Assembly: GCF_004010195.1 (NCBI RefSeq)
Contig: NC_057718.1
Span: 20,524,915-20,588,914, forward strand
Direction of reading: 5' to 3'
Origin: Chiloscyllium plagiosum
Taxonomy: Eukaryota
DNA length: 64,000 nucleotides
The notes beneath the pieces were generated by a model. It did not search any database and was not told the origin of the DNA. It saw only the letters and a list, made by a program, of their open reading frames with translations. Shown here in pieces: positions 10,723 through 23,600 of the stretch (its first letter is position 1; the number at the start of each line of letters is the position of its first letter). The position numbers and the translations under genes are program-made.

Positions 10723-10808
10723 TCAGAAGTCACTCAACACCAGGCTATAGTCAAACATGTTTATTTGAAATCACAAGCTTTCGGAGCGCTGCTCCTTCAT
10801 CAAGTGAA
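10723..10808 (-). mobile_element. 86-bp PLE pLTR mini-insert with 11-bp TSD and hammerhead-like core
   Basis: TSD atgagagaaag at 10712-10722 and 10809-10819. Minus strand reads tcac-ttgatga-a-ggagc-agc-gctcc-gaaa-gctt-gtga. Confidence 0.8.
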
Positions 10809-11402
10809 ATGAGAGAAAGCTAACTAGTAATATAAACAATAAAAAAGAATTTCTACAAGAGTTTAAATAGGTAAATAGTAACTATAGTATCTAGAGAGTG
10901 AGTCTGCGGAATTAATAATGGGAACAAGGAGATAGTACATTGAACAAATATTTTGAATTTGTCTACACTTTAGAAGTTCTATAAAATTTCCCACCAACAT
11001 TTGAAAATCAAGAGCTAAAACGGAGGGAGGAGCTTAAAATAATATCTATCGTGAGGGAAGAAGTACTTGGAAAATGTTGAACCTAGAGTGTGACTAGTCC
11101 CCAGAGACATTGGTTATCATTATCCAAAAGTCAATAGATTGGAAGAGTCCCAGTGAATTAGAAATTAGCTAATTTAACACCATTTTGGAACAAAGAATAT
11201 AATGAGACAGTATACAATAAAGAATGCTGTTCAAAAAAGTTTGCAGGGGCAGAGATACCTGGATCTATGTGTGCATAAGTCATTAAAGATGGCAGAACAG
11301 TTAGAGAGAATTGTTGATAAAGCATACAGTATTCTCAGCTTCATAATCAGGATATAGAGAACAAGAGAAAATAAATTATGTTGAACCTATATAAAACACT
11401 AA

Positions 11403-14400
11403 TGTTATGATCCCAGTTTAAAGTTATGATCCAAGTTGATACTATTCCTGGACAAGTCAGATCCCAGACTGAAATCTGGCTTGACAAATCATGTTTTTTT
11501 GGTTTTAACAATAAAACAGAGCTTATCATGCAAAGAAATGATAAAAAAAATCAAATAACCAAGCCATTTGCATAAGTTTAAGGATTTCAAAACATATAAC
11601 ACCTCATTACAATACTCAAATAACAGAAAGAGAATTCTTCTCTTTGTCGCACATCAGGTTTGACTTGGACGTGGCTTCAATTCCCAAGTTTTGAGAATCT
11701 GATTGCCTCTTCCTTGAATCTTCATGCAACTGAACTTAAACTTTCTCAGCTTCAAACAATACCTTCAAGGTTTTAACCAAATACTTCTGGTCTGGAACTT
11801 GAAACCTAAACTCCTTTCCTGAGGCAACCTATATTTGAACAGTTCAAAATCATTTCCTTTCATCCAGGGAGCTTTTTACAAATTCAGCGACAGAAATATT
11901 CACAAGTGAATCATTAAACCTCTTCAGACACAAAGACCAAAACCCATACACCACTATCACAAATCCAAACTCTGAAATAAATTATGAATAAGATATATAT
12001 AAATCTTATACATCACCTCCCAAAAGAGAAGAATGAAAATGTATGTTTAAGAAGCATTTTCATTACTCATCAAACATCATCTTAACACAATAATTATATC
12101 ACATCAATGGTAACAATGACATAAATATGTCCATGGACATCGCATCATTTGGTGTCCTTGATACATCCTTTCATTAAAGCATCCACTATAAAATGTTATG
12201 TTCCAGTCACATGAGCAATATTTAAATTATCTGGTTGATGACAAAGCTCGATTGAAATAATCATGAGGTCATGTCTTGAAATTTTTCCAAAAGAAATCAA
12301 TGTATTGCTATCCAGATAAATAACAGTATTTTCCATATTGTTCGTGATATATATTTCAAAGTGATGTAGAAGACTCAATGTTTCTTTTCCAATTGTTGAA
12401 TGCTTTCATTGTAAAGTAAGAGGTAAAGTCAACATAGTCTTACCAGACCATAGGGCTGCTTTCTCTTATTAAAGAAAAACAACTGCTGTTGGTTTAACCT
12501 GGAGGTCACCATGCTTCAGGTGAGGGAAGATGTTGAGAAGGAGAATCCTATGTGTTAACTTCAGCAGGAATTGGACCCTTACAGTTGGCATCACTCGACG
12601 TTTCAAATTAGCTGACCTGTTATTTTTGACATGCAATCAGTTAGTTTGAAAAATAACTGATGGGCCATTGGATTCCCATCTAACCATCAAGCAGAAAAAT
12701 TGAGTTTTTTTTGAGAAATGGTGTATATCCAATTCACTTAATGCAGTCCTTTAATCTTGGACCAGGATATGAGTCTGCTTTCATCACCATGTTGACTTAT
12801 CAAGAATCAATACAATATCTTTGTGACCTGTCCAATTTTGGCACTGTCACAACTGAGCTCCAGTTACTACAATTCTGTTCACTAATATAATTGTCCATTA
12901 TGAACTTAATCTCTTCCCTCACTTGAACCAATCACGCTAGTTAAAGTCTGTAAGGATGTTGTTCATAGGTAACGCATCCCCTACATTAATATCATGAATA
13001 GCCAAAACTTTGTTCTTGATTTATTCCAAAAAATAGATTTAGAATTTTGTAATACCCTTCATAAATTACTTCAATAATTTTCTGTAAAAAATCATGATTC
13101 TATCTAACTTCTTAAGTATTTCCATGTTTTCCAGTCTGATTGTTGTAGGATCAACTTTTGAATTTTCAACAGCAGATTCATTTTCAAATCATTCTGCCAT
13201 GACCTGTTGAGGTAGCACACCAGAATTTGAATCCTGGTATTCACATAGTCTTCACAAAAGTTAAGATTTTATCAAGATTTTATCAATTTACCCTACTTTC
13301 AGACTTGAAAGCACAGATTAGATTTCTCTATCGAATAAGAATTAGAATTTATTACATTAATTAAACTGTAGCTACAGGTAAGCTGATATAAACTAATAAT
13401 AATATAATATATAATACTACTTCAAAACTCTAATTCCTTTATAAACTCCTTTGCACACACCCACAGGCAGATAAACAGATTGGTAAAATAGATTTAAGAG
13501 GATAAAAACTGGAAAGACAATTCAGTAATTTTTTTGTTCCGAAGTTCTGTTGTTGAGATATTCCGTACGACTCTTCTGCTGTTGACCAGCATGTTGTTTC
13601 ATTTTCATTTCTCCAGATGCTCCCACTTATTGGCAACAGACACAATGTAGCTACTTAGGTCAGAGACTTTTAATGACTGATCAGTTGAAAGTCACAGCAA
13701 CTGTTGTAGGAAAGATGAACTGGTTTTCTTCAGGTTTACAGTGAATTTTGACTTTAGAGAATAGAGAGTCTACTGCTGAGTTAGGGAAGGCTGAACACTT
13801 CTTTCTAAAGCTTGTTCCCAGCTCCAAGCTATTCAAATACCGAGAATCTATCATACTGGGTTGTTGGTAGGATGAAAGCTCTCTGTTTTCGACAGCTGGT
13901 CATCAGTTACCTTTACAGCATGTCAACATGACACACTCACTGTTTATTTCTCCTGTGTGAAGTACTCAAGACATAATTTATATGACTGAGTTTCTTTTTG
14001 ATTTGATAAGATCCAGTGAAGCTTGCATGTCCAGATTCCCGAGAGACAGATAACAAACAATACCAACACCTTGTCTCCAGCAACAAAATTTGAACTTAAG
14101 TTTTTTTTTGTTGAGCACTTTTCAAATGCCTTTTAGTCAACTCACAAGTTTTGGTCAGCTTTTCCCCTGAAATTCAAAACATAGGCTGGAATTGCAGTTT
14201 CTGAGTATTTTTTTTTTGGTTTATCAATTTCTTTCAATCAATTTAAGTAGTCCTTTCACATCATGTCCATACATTAGTTCAAAGAGATTCGATCCTGTGG
14301 GGGCATTAGGAGCATCCCTAATAGCAATAGAAACAACGTAATTCCTGTATCATTGATTATGACATAGTTGACAATAAGTTCTAATCATAGTCTACAAAGT

Positions 14401-14900
14401 TTGATGCCATATTTCCCATGTACCTTGAGATTATGGGTGATAAACAGAAGACAAATTGTTTTATTCCCAAATTAGTTATATTTTCTTTGAATATTTGCAA
14501 CATAAAAATTGAAACTTGATCGGTTTATTTATTTGAATAATGCATATCTTGTTAAAGATTAAACTAACTTTTCTGCTGTCAACTTCTGCAGTAAATTTTC
14601 CTATAGGCATTGATTTAGGAGACCTTTTGGAAATGTATATACTGATTTCCATTCATGATTTTACATAGTAGTCCTGTATAATCTATTCATACCCTGTTAA
14701 ATGGTTCTTCAAAAGCCAATATTGGAACAAAAGGACATGTTGATTTGAGGGTTGGGATTTCCCTACCACCTGACATGTATAGCTTATCTGGCTGAATTTG
14801 ACTACACTTTTATATGGTTCTGGCCATTAAAAATGGTTTAACATTTTAGCCTGTGTTTCCTAATATCTAAGTTAACTCCCATTACAATTTTGTGAAAAAT
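11403..14900 (-). mobile_element. Degenerate Gmr1-type Gypsy LTR retrotransposon (INT ~14300-14900, RT ~12660-12960, RNase H ~12190-12410, 3' LTR 11403-12012)
   Basis: INT: RKTQAKMLNHF*WP..TCQVVGK..AFEEPFNRV*ID. RT: WSSVVTVPKLD..RYCID..KADSYPGPRLKDCI. RH: STIGKETLSLLHHFEIYI..VIYLDSN. PPT-like gggaggtga precedes a TG...CA LTR. Confidence 0.8.
12412..12620 (-). mobile_element. Short tRNA-derived SINE inserted in the Gypsy relic
   Basis: taaagtcaacatagtc..gaccatagggctgct..ggtttaacctg..gaggtcacc..ggaattggaccc pattern (B-box remnant) interrupting the RT/RH region. Confidence 0.55.
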
Positions 14901-15169
14901 TATAAAATTCATTTATAAAATTTATGATTTATTAAATTTATGCTACTCAGTTGAAACTACCAGGTGATCACTGCCCATGAGAACTTGTAACTATTGTGTT
15001 CTGCTTTTATTGTCGCTCGATCAACATCATATCTGACACTTTCCCTTTAGTTTCATGCCCTTAAACTTTGTTAGCAAGTCTATTGTGAGGTAATTTATCT
15101 AATGTCTCTTGGTCTACGTACACCACGTCAATCTCACTATCATTTTCAACCATGTTTGGTATCTTAATC

Positions 15170-15668
15170 ATAATTCTGGTTTCCCTTCTAGAGGAAGGAT
15201 GTTGTTAAACTTGAGAGAGTGCAGCAAAGATTTACAAGGCTGTTGTCAGGACTGGAGGGTTGAGCTATAGGGAGTAGCTGAATAGGTTGGCGTGTGGAAG
15301 GCAGGGGAATGGCCTTCTAGAGATTTATAAAATTGTGAAGGGCACGAATAGAGTGAACAGGCAAGGTCTTCTTCCCAGGGTAGGAAGTCCAAAACTAGAG
15401 TGAATAGACTTAATGTTAGAGGGGAAAGATTTAAAAGAGACCTGAGGGGCAAATATTTCATGCAGATGGTGATGTATGTATGGAACGAGTTGTCAGAGGA
15501 AGTAGTGGAAGTGGGTACAAATATTTGTAAAAAGTATCTAGTCTAGGATGGATTAAGCAGGTTATAGGCCAAATGCTGGCAAATGAGACTAGTTCAGGAT
15601 CTGGTTGGCAAGGACATGATGGATTGAAGATCGTTTTTGTGCTGTATAACTCTACAACTCTATGACTC
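15170..15668 (+). mobile_element. HER1/CR1 3' fragment (tail of chimeric unit A)
   Basis: CR1 ORF2 C-terminal sequence ending in a ctctatgactc tail. Confidence 0.85.
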
Positions 15669-15689
15669 CACCTTGGTTGCAGATGCTCA

Positions 15690-16425
15690 TGAGTCGTGCA
15701 CTGACAACAGATCCAAGCAGAAAACTGTGATGTCATCCATGTACAGAGAGGCTTTACCCTGCAGGCCTCTGCTGCCTGGAATAGTCATCCTTCACAGGCT
15801 CGCATCCTTCCAGATGGACTCAAGAATAGTTTCTATATAACACACAAACAAGGCAGGAGAGTGTGGACAGACCTGCCTGACTCCAGATCTGATTGGGAAG
15901 CATTCTGATTCCCATCTGTTGATTGAGACTGCATTACTGATGTTGTTGTAGAGCAGTATGATTCAATTGTGGATTCCCTCCCAAAAGCACGTCCCGCATG
16001 ATACCCTATTAAAGGTCTTCTCCTGGTCTAGGCTGATTAGGCAGGCAGATTATCCTTTGTCCTGTATGTAGGCAATCATATCCCTGAGGAGCGTGAGGTT
16101 GTCGAAAATTGCCCTGCCTGGTACAACAAAGGTTTGGTCAGGGTGAATCACTGATCCCAGAGAAGACCTGACCTGGTTGGCAATGATCTTACACAGGATT
16201 TTGAAGTCTGCATTCAGCAGTGAAATTGGTCACCAATTTCTAATTTCTTCCCTCTTCCCCTTTCCGCTTGTATATAAGGGTGATGTTACCTTTCCTCATG
16301 GATTTTCACATGCTATCTGGCAGAAGCATAGTGTCATCCACCTTCAGCAGGTCCTGGCCAATCAAATGCAATAGAGTTGAATACAACTCAGCTAGTAAGC
16401 TGTTGTTTCTGGGAGTTTTATTTTA
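15690..16425 (-). mobile_element. Tx1/L1-clade reverse transcriptase fragment (decayed)
   Basis: KGKREEIRNW*PISLLNADFKIL..SVIHPDQTFVVPGRAIFDNLTLLRD, and YMDD at 15732-15743. Confidence 0.85.
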
Positions 16426-16427
16426 AC

Positions 16428-16990
16428 AATCTACATACATCATATCAATCTCATCTTTAGTACTTCATCATAATTCTGGTTATCTTTCTATATAAGGATG
16501 TTGTTAAACTTGAGAGGATGTAGGAAAACATTTACAAGGATGTTGTTAGGACTCAAGGGTTTTAGGTAGAGGGAATTGCTGAATAGGCTGGGGCTATTTT
16601 CCCTGGAGCATCAGAGGCTGAAGGGTGATCTTATAGAGGTTTATAAAATCATGAGGGACATGGGTAGGGTGAACAAGCAAGGTCTTCTTCCCGGTGTAGG
16701 GGAGTCCAAAACTAGAGGGCATAGGTTTAAGGTGAGAGGGCCAAGACTTAAAAAGAACTTGAGGGGCAACTCCTTCACGCAGAGGGTGGTACGCTACCAG
16801 AAGAAGTAGTGAAGGCTGGGACAATTACAGCATTTACAAAGCATATTGATGGGTATATGAATAGGGGGTGGGTTTACAGGGATATGTGCCAAATGCTGGC
16901 AAATGGGATTAGGTCAGATTGGGATATTTGGAGTGTGCGGATGAGTTGGACTGAAGGATCTAGTTCTGTGCTGTATGACTCTATGACAGT
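16428..16990 (+). mobile_element. HER1/CR1 3' fragment (chimeric unit C)
   Basis: ORF LNRLGLFSLEHQRLKGDLIEVYKIM, with a tatgactctatgac tail. Confidence 0.85.
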
Positions 16991-17529
16991 ATAAAAAATA
17001 TTCAAATTAGTTCAAACATGATTTGCCTTTAAAACGGTTTCGGCTTTCCATGGTTAAATCAGCATTTATTCTTGCAACAATTAATTGATGCCATGATTAT
17101 CATTTTTAACAGCTTTCCTACCACCAAGGGGTTAAATTAAGTGGTTTGCTGTTGCTGGATTTATCCATATGTCCTTTTAGAACTTAGAATCACAGAAAAG
17201 TTCAGTTCAGAAAGAAGCTATTCAGCATACTTGTCCGAGCTAACTGTATAAACTAGCAGCCTCAATCATCAAAATCAGCAGCAGATTCCAGTCACAAACC
17301 ACTGAGTGAAAAACATTTCCTTATGTCCCTTCTAATCTTCCAGCAGTCACCTTAAACCTGAACTCTCTCAATGGAGGGAAGCCCATGTGATATAATTGCA
17401 CCTTATTTGGAAAAAATGACATTTATTGATTGACAACTGTTACTACAAGCCTGCATTGCTTAATGGAACAGCCTGAAAGTAATTGAAAGACAGTAAGTGG
17501 CTGAAACACTGAACAAAGTAAAAGAAACA

Positions 17530-18058
17530 ATGAAGCTAAAGATTCGTTGATACAAGGTGCAAATCAGGAATGTGATAGAATATTCCCCACTTGCCTGGAT
17601 GAGTGCAGTTCCAACAAAACTCAAGAAGCTTGACATAATCCGGCACAAAGCAGCCTGTTTGATTGGAATCACATCTGCAAACATTCACTCCCTCCACTAC
17701 TGATACTTATTTACAGTAGTCTGTATCATCTATAAAATGCATTGCAAAAATTCACCTAGGCTTATCAGACAGCACCTTCCATAACCATGAACACTGCCGT
17801 CTACTAGGACAAGGGCAGCAGGTACATGGGAATACCACTACCTGCAATTTCCAAGCCACTCACCATCCTGTCTTGGACATGTGTTGCGAGGTCAAAATCC
17901 TGGAACTCCCTTGCTAAAGGCATAATGAATCAAACTCAACCAAATGAACTGCAGTGGATAAAGAAGGCAGCTCACCATCACCTTCTCAGTAGCAATTAGT
18001 GATGGAAAATAAATGCTGTTAAGGCAGCAATGGTTACGTCCCATGAATGGATAAAAAA
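17530..18058 (+). mobile_element. LINE family B 3' end
   Basis: tacaaggtgcaaatcagg...ccccacttgcctggatgagtgcag...gcaattagtgatgg..aaataaatgctg...cccatgaatgg+A tail. Confidence 0.8.
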
Positions 18059-18115
18059 AGTTAATGAAAAACCAAGAAAAACAAATTAAAAAAGCAAACA
18101 ATCCTTATTATTTTT

Positions 18116-18460
18116 CATAGAATCCCTACAGTGCAGGAAGAGGCTATTTGGCTCATCAAGTCTGCACCAATCCTCCAAAGAACATCCCACCCTGACCCAC
18201 ATTCCACCCTATCCTCATAACCCCACATTTGCCATGGCTAATCAATCGAGCCTGGACATCTCTGAACATTACAGGGCAATTTAGCATGATGAATCTACCT
18301 AACCTCCCCATCTTTGGACAGTGGGAGAAAACTGGAGCACCCAGCAGAAACCTAAGCAGGAACAACATGCAAACTCCACATAATCACTCAAGGTTAGTAT
18401 TGAAACTTTGTCCCTGGAACTGTGAGACAACAGTGCTAACTACTGTGCCACTGTGCTGCC
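18116..18460 (-). mobile_element. HE1-type SINE (degraded)
   Basis: Reverse-complement similarity to 8166-8503. Confidence 0.85.
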
Positions 18461-20632
18461 ATTGATTTCATAATAAATTATTTATAACAAGAAATAGAAG
18501 GTAAATAATTACTTATAGGTTGAGAGCAAATTATATCAAGCTATTCAAGCAACATGTGCAACTCTATTTCACAGATAAACTATCCTAAGAAATTTCTAAA
18601 ACTCCTACATGCTACTGACAAGATAGGCTGCATAGAATTAATATATTTATTCTTTCTATGGAACATCAGAAGGATCCTCAAAAGTTCAGCAGAGTACTTG
18701 CAGACCAGCTTAAGGTAAGAGCTAACTTCAGAATTAACAGGCCCTTACTCATGTCACACAGACAATAATACCAAAAGTCTTTTGCAAGATGTCACAACAA
18801 AGGACATAAGTGTAATGTCTCCAAAGAAGAATTCTCAGAGTGGCACATTGAATTGATCGTACTTCTTTATCAATTAAGGCCTTCAGGCAGAATCTTATAA
18901 GCAAGAAAAAAGGACCATATCATTAATGCATTAATATCATTAATTGCTTGGAAATGGACACCTGCTTGAAACCATAATGGCAGGTCAACAATTAGATACA
19001 GCCAACAGTCAGAAAATTGCACCAAACCTAAAAGATCTGTAAGAGATGTAGTTCATTGTATCTACCCAAAAGCTGTCCAGGTTTTCTTCACATTGGAAAA
19101 TCATGGACATGAAAGGATATTGGGCTCGTGCAGGATATCTGCTTCCAAAAAGCCAAGCAGGACACTGAAACAAAACATAGGTGACCAAGGAGATCACCAA
19201 ACCCTGGCAGTAAGGCAGGTTTTATGAAGTTACACAAATCAGATGTTTTGATAGAGTGCATAGTGAAATAAGTGAAAGGCAAATTAATCCTTAAGGTGAA
19301 CATTTCTTCAACACAGTTCATTTACTAAATTGATATCTTAAGCTAAATGTGTGTTAGATTGCATAGCAATTTAAGGAACTCCTTTATGGTCTCCACTGGG
19401 TTGAGCCTCTTTCTACACCGAAGGGATTCTATGAAAAATAATAATTATTTGCTTCTTTTATTTGTTTTTCTTGGTTTTTGTTCATAATTTTTTTAATCTA
19501 CTCATGGATTGTGGCCATTGCTGCCTGAACAGCATTTATTTCCTAACACTAGTTGCCATTGAGAAGGTGATGGTGAGCTGCCTTCTTGATCCACTGCAGT
19601 TCATTTAGTTAAGTTTGATTTGTTATGCCTTTAACAAGGGAGTTCCAGAATTTTGACCTAGCAACACGAAAGACCAGCAACACATGTCCAACACAGGATG
19701 GTAGTGGCTTGGAAATTGCAAGTGGTGGTGTTGCCATGTACCTGCTGCCCTTGTTCTTATAGATGGCAGTGATCTGTTTTCAGGACTCAAAGAATAGGAT
19801 GGTGAGGAAAATGAGATCCCACTTTTTATGAGCATGAGAGTTTTCAATTGCATGTGAGGCTTTTTGCATTTCTACATGTGGAAAATTTGATCATGAGGGC
19901 TTACACGCTGAGTGTTGTTTATACATGAAAACAGACAGACAGTCAAATCAAATCATCCTTTCTCCCTTTGAATTTGCAGCACAGAAAAATTAAAACCTTC
20001 AAAATCGTTCCTAACCAGTCTTTTGAATAACCAATTTTAGACCAAGAAAAAAATCAATTCCAAACAACAGTTTATATTAAAAAAAGACTTAGCAACTTAA
20101 TATCAATATAGTAACCTTAGCAAAGTAAACTTAACTGGTCAATGCAAAAACCTTTGTTTTCAGCTCCATTCACACAAAAGACAGACAAACACAGTTAAGG
20201 AATAAATAATATAAAATAGCAATACTAGCCAGATTACTTAAGTAGCTTTCACAATGATAGCTTCTTGGTTGATTTTCTGAAGATGCTGATTAGGGTCACC
20301 TTTATGATTCACTCAAATAAAGGCAGCAAAATTTGTAACTTAGTTTTCTTTTCTTTGAACTTCCAATATCTGCTCATCGGAGGTTAGGCAGGGAACTTTC
20401 AAACCTTCATGCAGTTGCACCAAAACTACATTCCTTTTCCCCAGAAAATATAGGTCAAAATGCAGTTCAATTTTAGCCCTTCCTTAACAGACTAATCATA
20501 TCACCCACAATGTCCCAGTTACTATTTAATATCTGTCATATGCTTGAGAATAAGGTCTTTTCCAGACTTTGCTGGAACCAGTTTCCAAGTACTGATCTCA
20601 TTAATAATCATATTCTGCAATCTGTTTAAACA

Positions 20633-23600
20633 TTTTTACAGAGCGGCGAGGAGAGAAGGAGTGAAGTGAGGGCTGCCGGGCGGGATAAGTTTTCCCACAT
20701 AGAAAGGCCACTTACTTCAGGAGTTGGGCTTCTATTTTTACAGAGCGGTGAGGAGAGAAGGAGGAATGAAGTGAGGGCTACCAGGAAGTTAAGGGCTTAA
20801 TTTATATTTGGGCAGTTTACTAAACCTGAGATACTACACGTGTAGTATCTCCTTCCCGCGCCCCCTCCTCTAACCAGAAGAAAAAGACTTTTATGGCAAG
20901 GCTTTTATTTTTTATTTCTTTATCTTTCATTTTCATTTACTTAAGTGCATTGTTTGGTTTTAATTAGTTCATATAAAGCTAAACTTACAATGGCAGGGGA
21001 CCTCAGACCTGTGGCATGTGCCTCTTGCTTGGTGTGGGAGCTTAGGAACGTGTCTGACATTCCTGACTCTTACTTCTTGCAAGAAGTGTGTCCAGCTGCA
21101 GCTCTTGTTTGACCACATGATGGCTCTGGAGCTGCGGATGGACTCACTGTGGAGCATCCGCGATGCTGAGGAGGTCGTGGATAGCACGTTTAGTGAACTG
21201 GTCACACCGCAGGTTAGGGTTGCTGAGGGAGACAGTGAATGGGTGACCAAAAGACAGAAAAAGAGTAGGAAGGCAGTGCAGGTGTCTCCTGCGGTCATCT
21301 CCCTCCAAAACAGGTATACCGTTTTGGATACTGTTGGGGGAGATGACTCACCAGGGGAGGGCAGCAGTTGCCAGGATCATGGCACCGTGGCGGGCACTGC
21401 TGTTCAGAAGGCCGGAAAAAAGACTCATAGGGCCATAGTCATAGGAGATTCTATTGTGAGGGGAGTAGATAGGCGGTTCTGTGGCCGAAAACGGGACTCA
21501 CGGATGGTATGTTGCCTCCCAGGTGCTCAGGTCAGGGATGTCAGCGATCGGCTGCAGAGCATTCTAAAAGGGGAGGGTGAACAGCCAGTTGTTTTGGTGC
21601 ATATAGGCACCAATGATATAAGTAGAAAACGAGATGAAGTCCTGAAAGAAGTATTCAGGGAGCTAGGAGAAAAGTTAAAGAGGAGAAGTCAAAGGTAGTG
21701 ATCTCAGGATTACTACCAGTGTCACGTGCTAGCCAGCGCAGAAATGAAAAAATAGGCATGATGAACACGTGGCCTGAGAGATGGTGTAGGAGGGAAGGGT
21801 TCTGATTTGTTTGACATTGGGACCGGTTCTGGGGAAGGTGGGACTATTACAAAATGGACGGTCTACATGTGAACCAGACCGGAACCAATGTCCTTGGGGG
21901 AGTTTTTGCTACTGCTGTTGGGGAGGTTTTAATCTAATGTAGCAGGGGCCTGGGAACCAGAAGGGAAAACAAGTAGGCAGCAAGGTGGAGACTGTAAGAA
22001 TTATGAAGATAGCATTAATGAAGGGAGAATAAGCAGAGAGCAGATGAGCGCAAAAAAACTGGTGGCCTGAAATGCATCTACTTTAATGCAAGGAGTATAG
22101 TGTGTAAGGCAGATGAACTTAGGGCTTGGATTGGTGCCTGGGAGTATGACGTTATTGCAATCACAGAGACTTGGTTGAAGGAAGGGCATGATGATTGGCA
22201 ACTAAATGTTCCAGGATATAGACGCTTCAGACAGGACAGGGAGGGAAGTAAAAGAGGGGGGTGGAGTTGCATTGCTGGTCANNNNNNNNNNNNNNNNNNN
22301 NNNNNNNNNNNNNNNNNNNNNNNNNNNNNNNNNNNNNNNNNNNNNNNNNNNNNNNNNNNNNNNNNNNNNNNNNNNNNNNNNNNNNNNNNNNNNNNNNNNN
22401 NNNNNNNNNNNNNNNNNNNNNNNNNNNNNNNNNNNNNNNNNNNNNNNNNNNNNNNNNNNNNNNNNNNNNNNNNNNNNNNNNNNNNNNNNNNNNNNNNNNN
22501 NNNNNNNNNNNNNNNNNNNNNNNNNNNNNNNNNNNNNNNNNNNNNNNNNNNNNNNNNNNNNNNNNNNNNNNNNNNNNNNNNNNNGACGATATCACGGCTG
22601 TGCTAAAGGAGCACACTATGGAGGTCTTGGGTAGTGAGGCATTATGGGTGGAGCTGAGAAATTAGAAGGGTGCAGTTACATTGTTGGGGCTGTATTACAG
22701 GCCTCCCAACAGTGAGCATGAGGTAGAAGAACAAATAGGTGAACAGATTATGGAAAGATGTAGAGGCAATAGGGTAGTGGTGATGGGTGATTTTATTTTT
22801 CCCAACATTGACTGGGATACACTTAGCGTCAGAGGTCTGGATGGGGTAGAATTTGTAAGAAGCATCCAGGAGAGTTTTCTAGAGCAGTACGCCAATAAGC
22901 CGACGAGGGAAGGGGCCATATGAGACCTGGTACTGGGGAACGAGCCAGGACAGGTGGTAGAAGTTGCGGTGGGGGATTTCTTTGGGAACAGTGACCACAA
23001 TTCTGTAAGTTTTAGAATACTCGTAGATAAAGAAGAGAGTGGTCCTATGGGAAGAGTACTAAATTGGGCCAAGGCCAATTATATCAAAATTAGGCAGGAG
23101 CTCAGAAATGTGGATTGGACTCAGCTATTTGAAGGGAAGTCCACATTTGAGATGTGGGAGGTTTTCAAAGATAGTGCAGGATAGGCATATCCCATTGAAG
23201 GCAAAGGATAGGAAGGGCAAGATTTGTGAACCGTGGATGACAGGAGAAATTGTATGACTAGCGAAGAAGAAAAGGGAAGCTTACATAAGGTTTAGGCAGC
23301 TAAGAACACTACGGGACCTGGAGGAATATCAGAAGAGTAGGATAAGTCTTAAACGAAGAATCAAATGGGCTAAAAGGGGTCATGAAATAACTGTAGCGTG
23401 CAGAATTAAGGAGAATCCCAAAGCATTTTATTCTTATATAAGAAGCAAGCGGGTAACTAGAGAAAGGATTGGTCTACTAAAGGATAACGAAGGAAAGCTG
23501 TGTGTCGAACCTGAGCGAATGGGTGAGATTCTGAATGATTACTTTGCATCAGTGTTCACTGAGGAGAGGAACATGATGAATGTTGAGATTAGAGATAGAC

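Noticed and set aside
22100..22665. ORFs containing long X runs
   Set aside because: Artefacts of the assembly gap.
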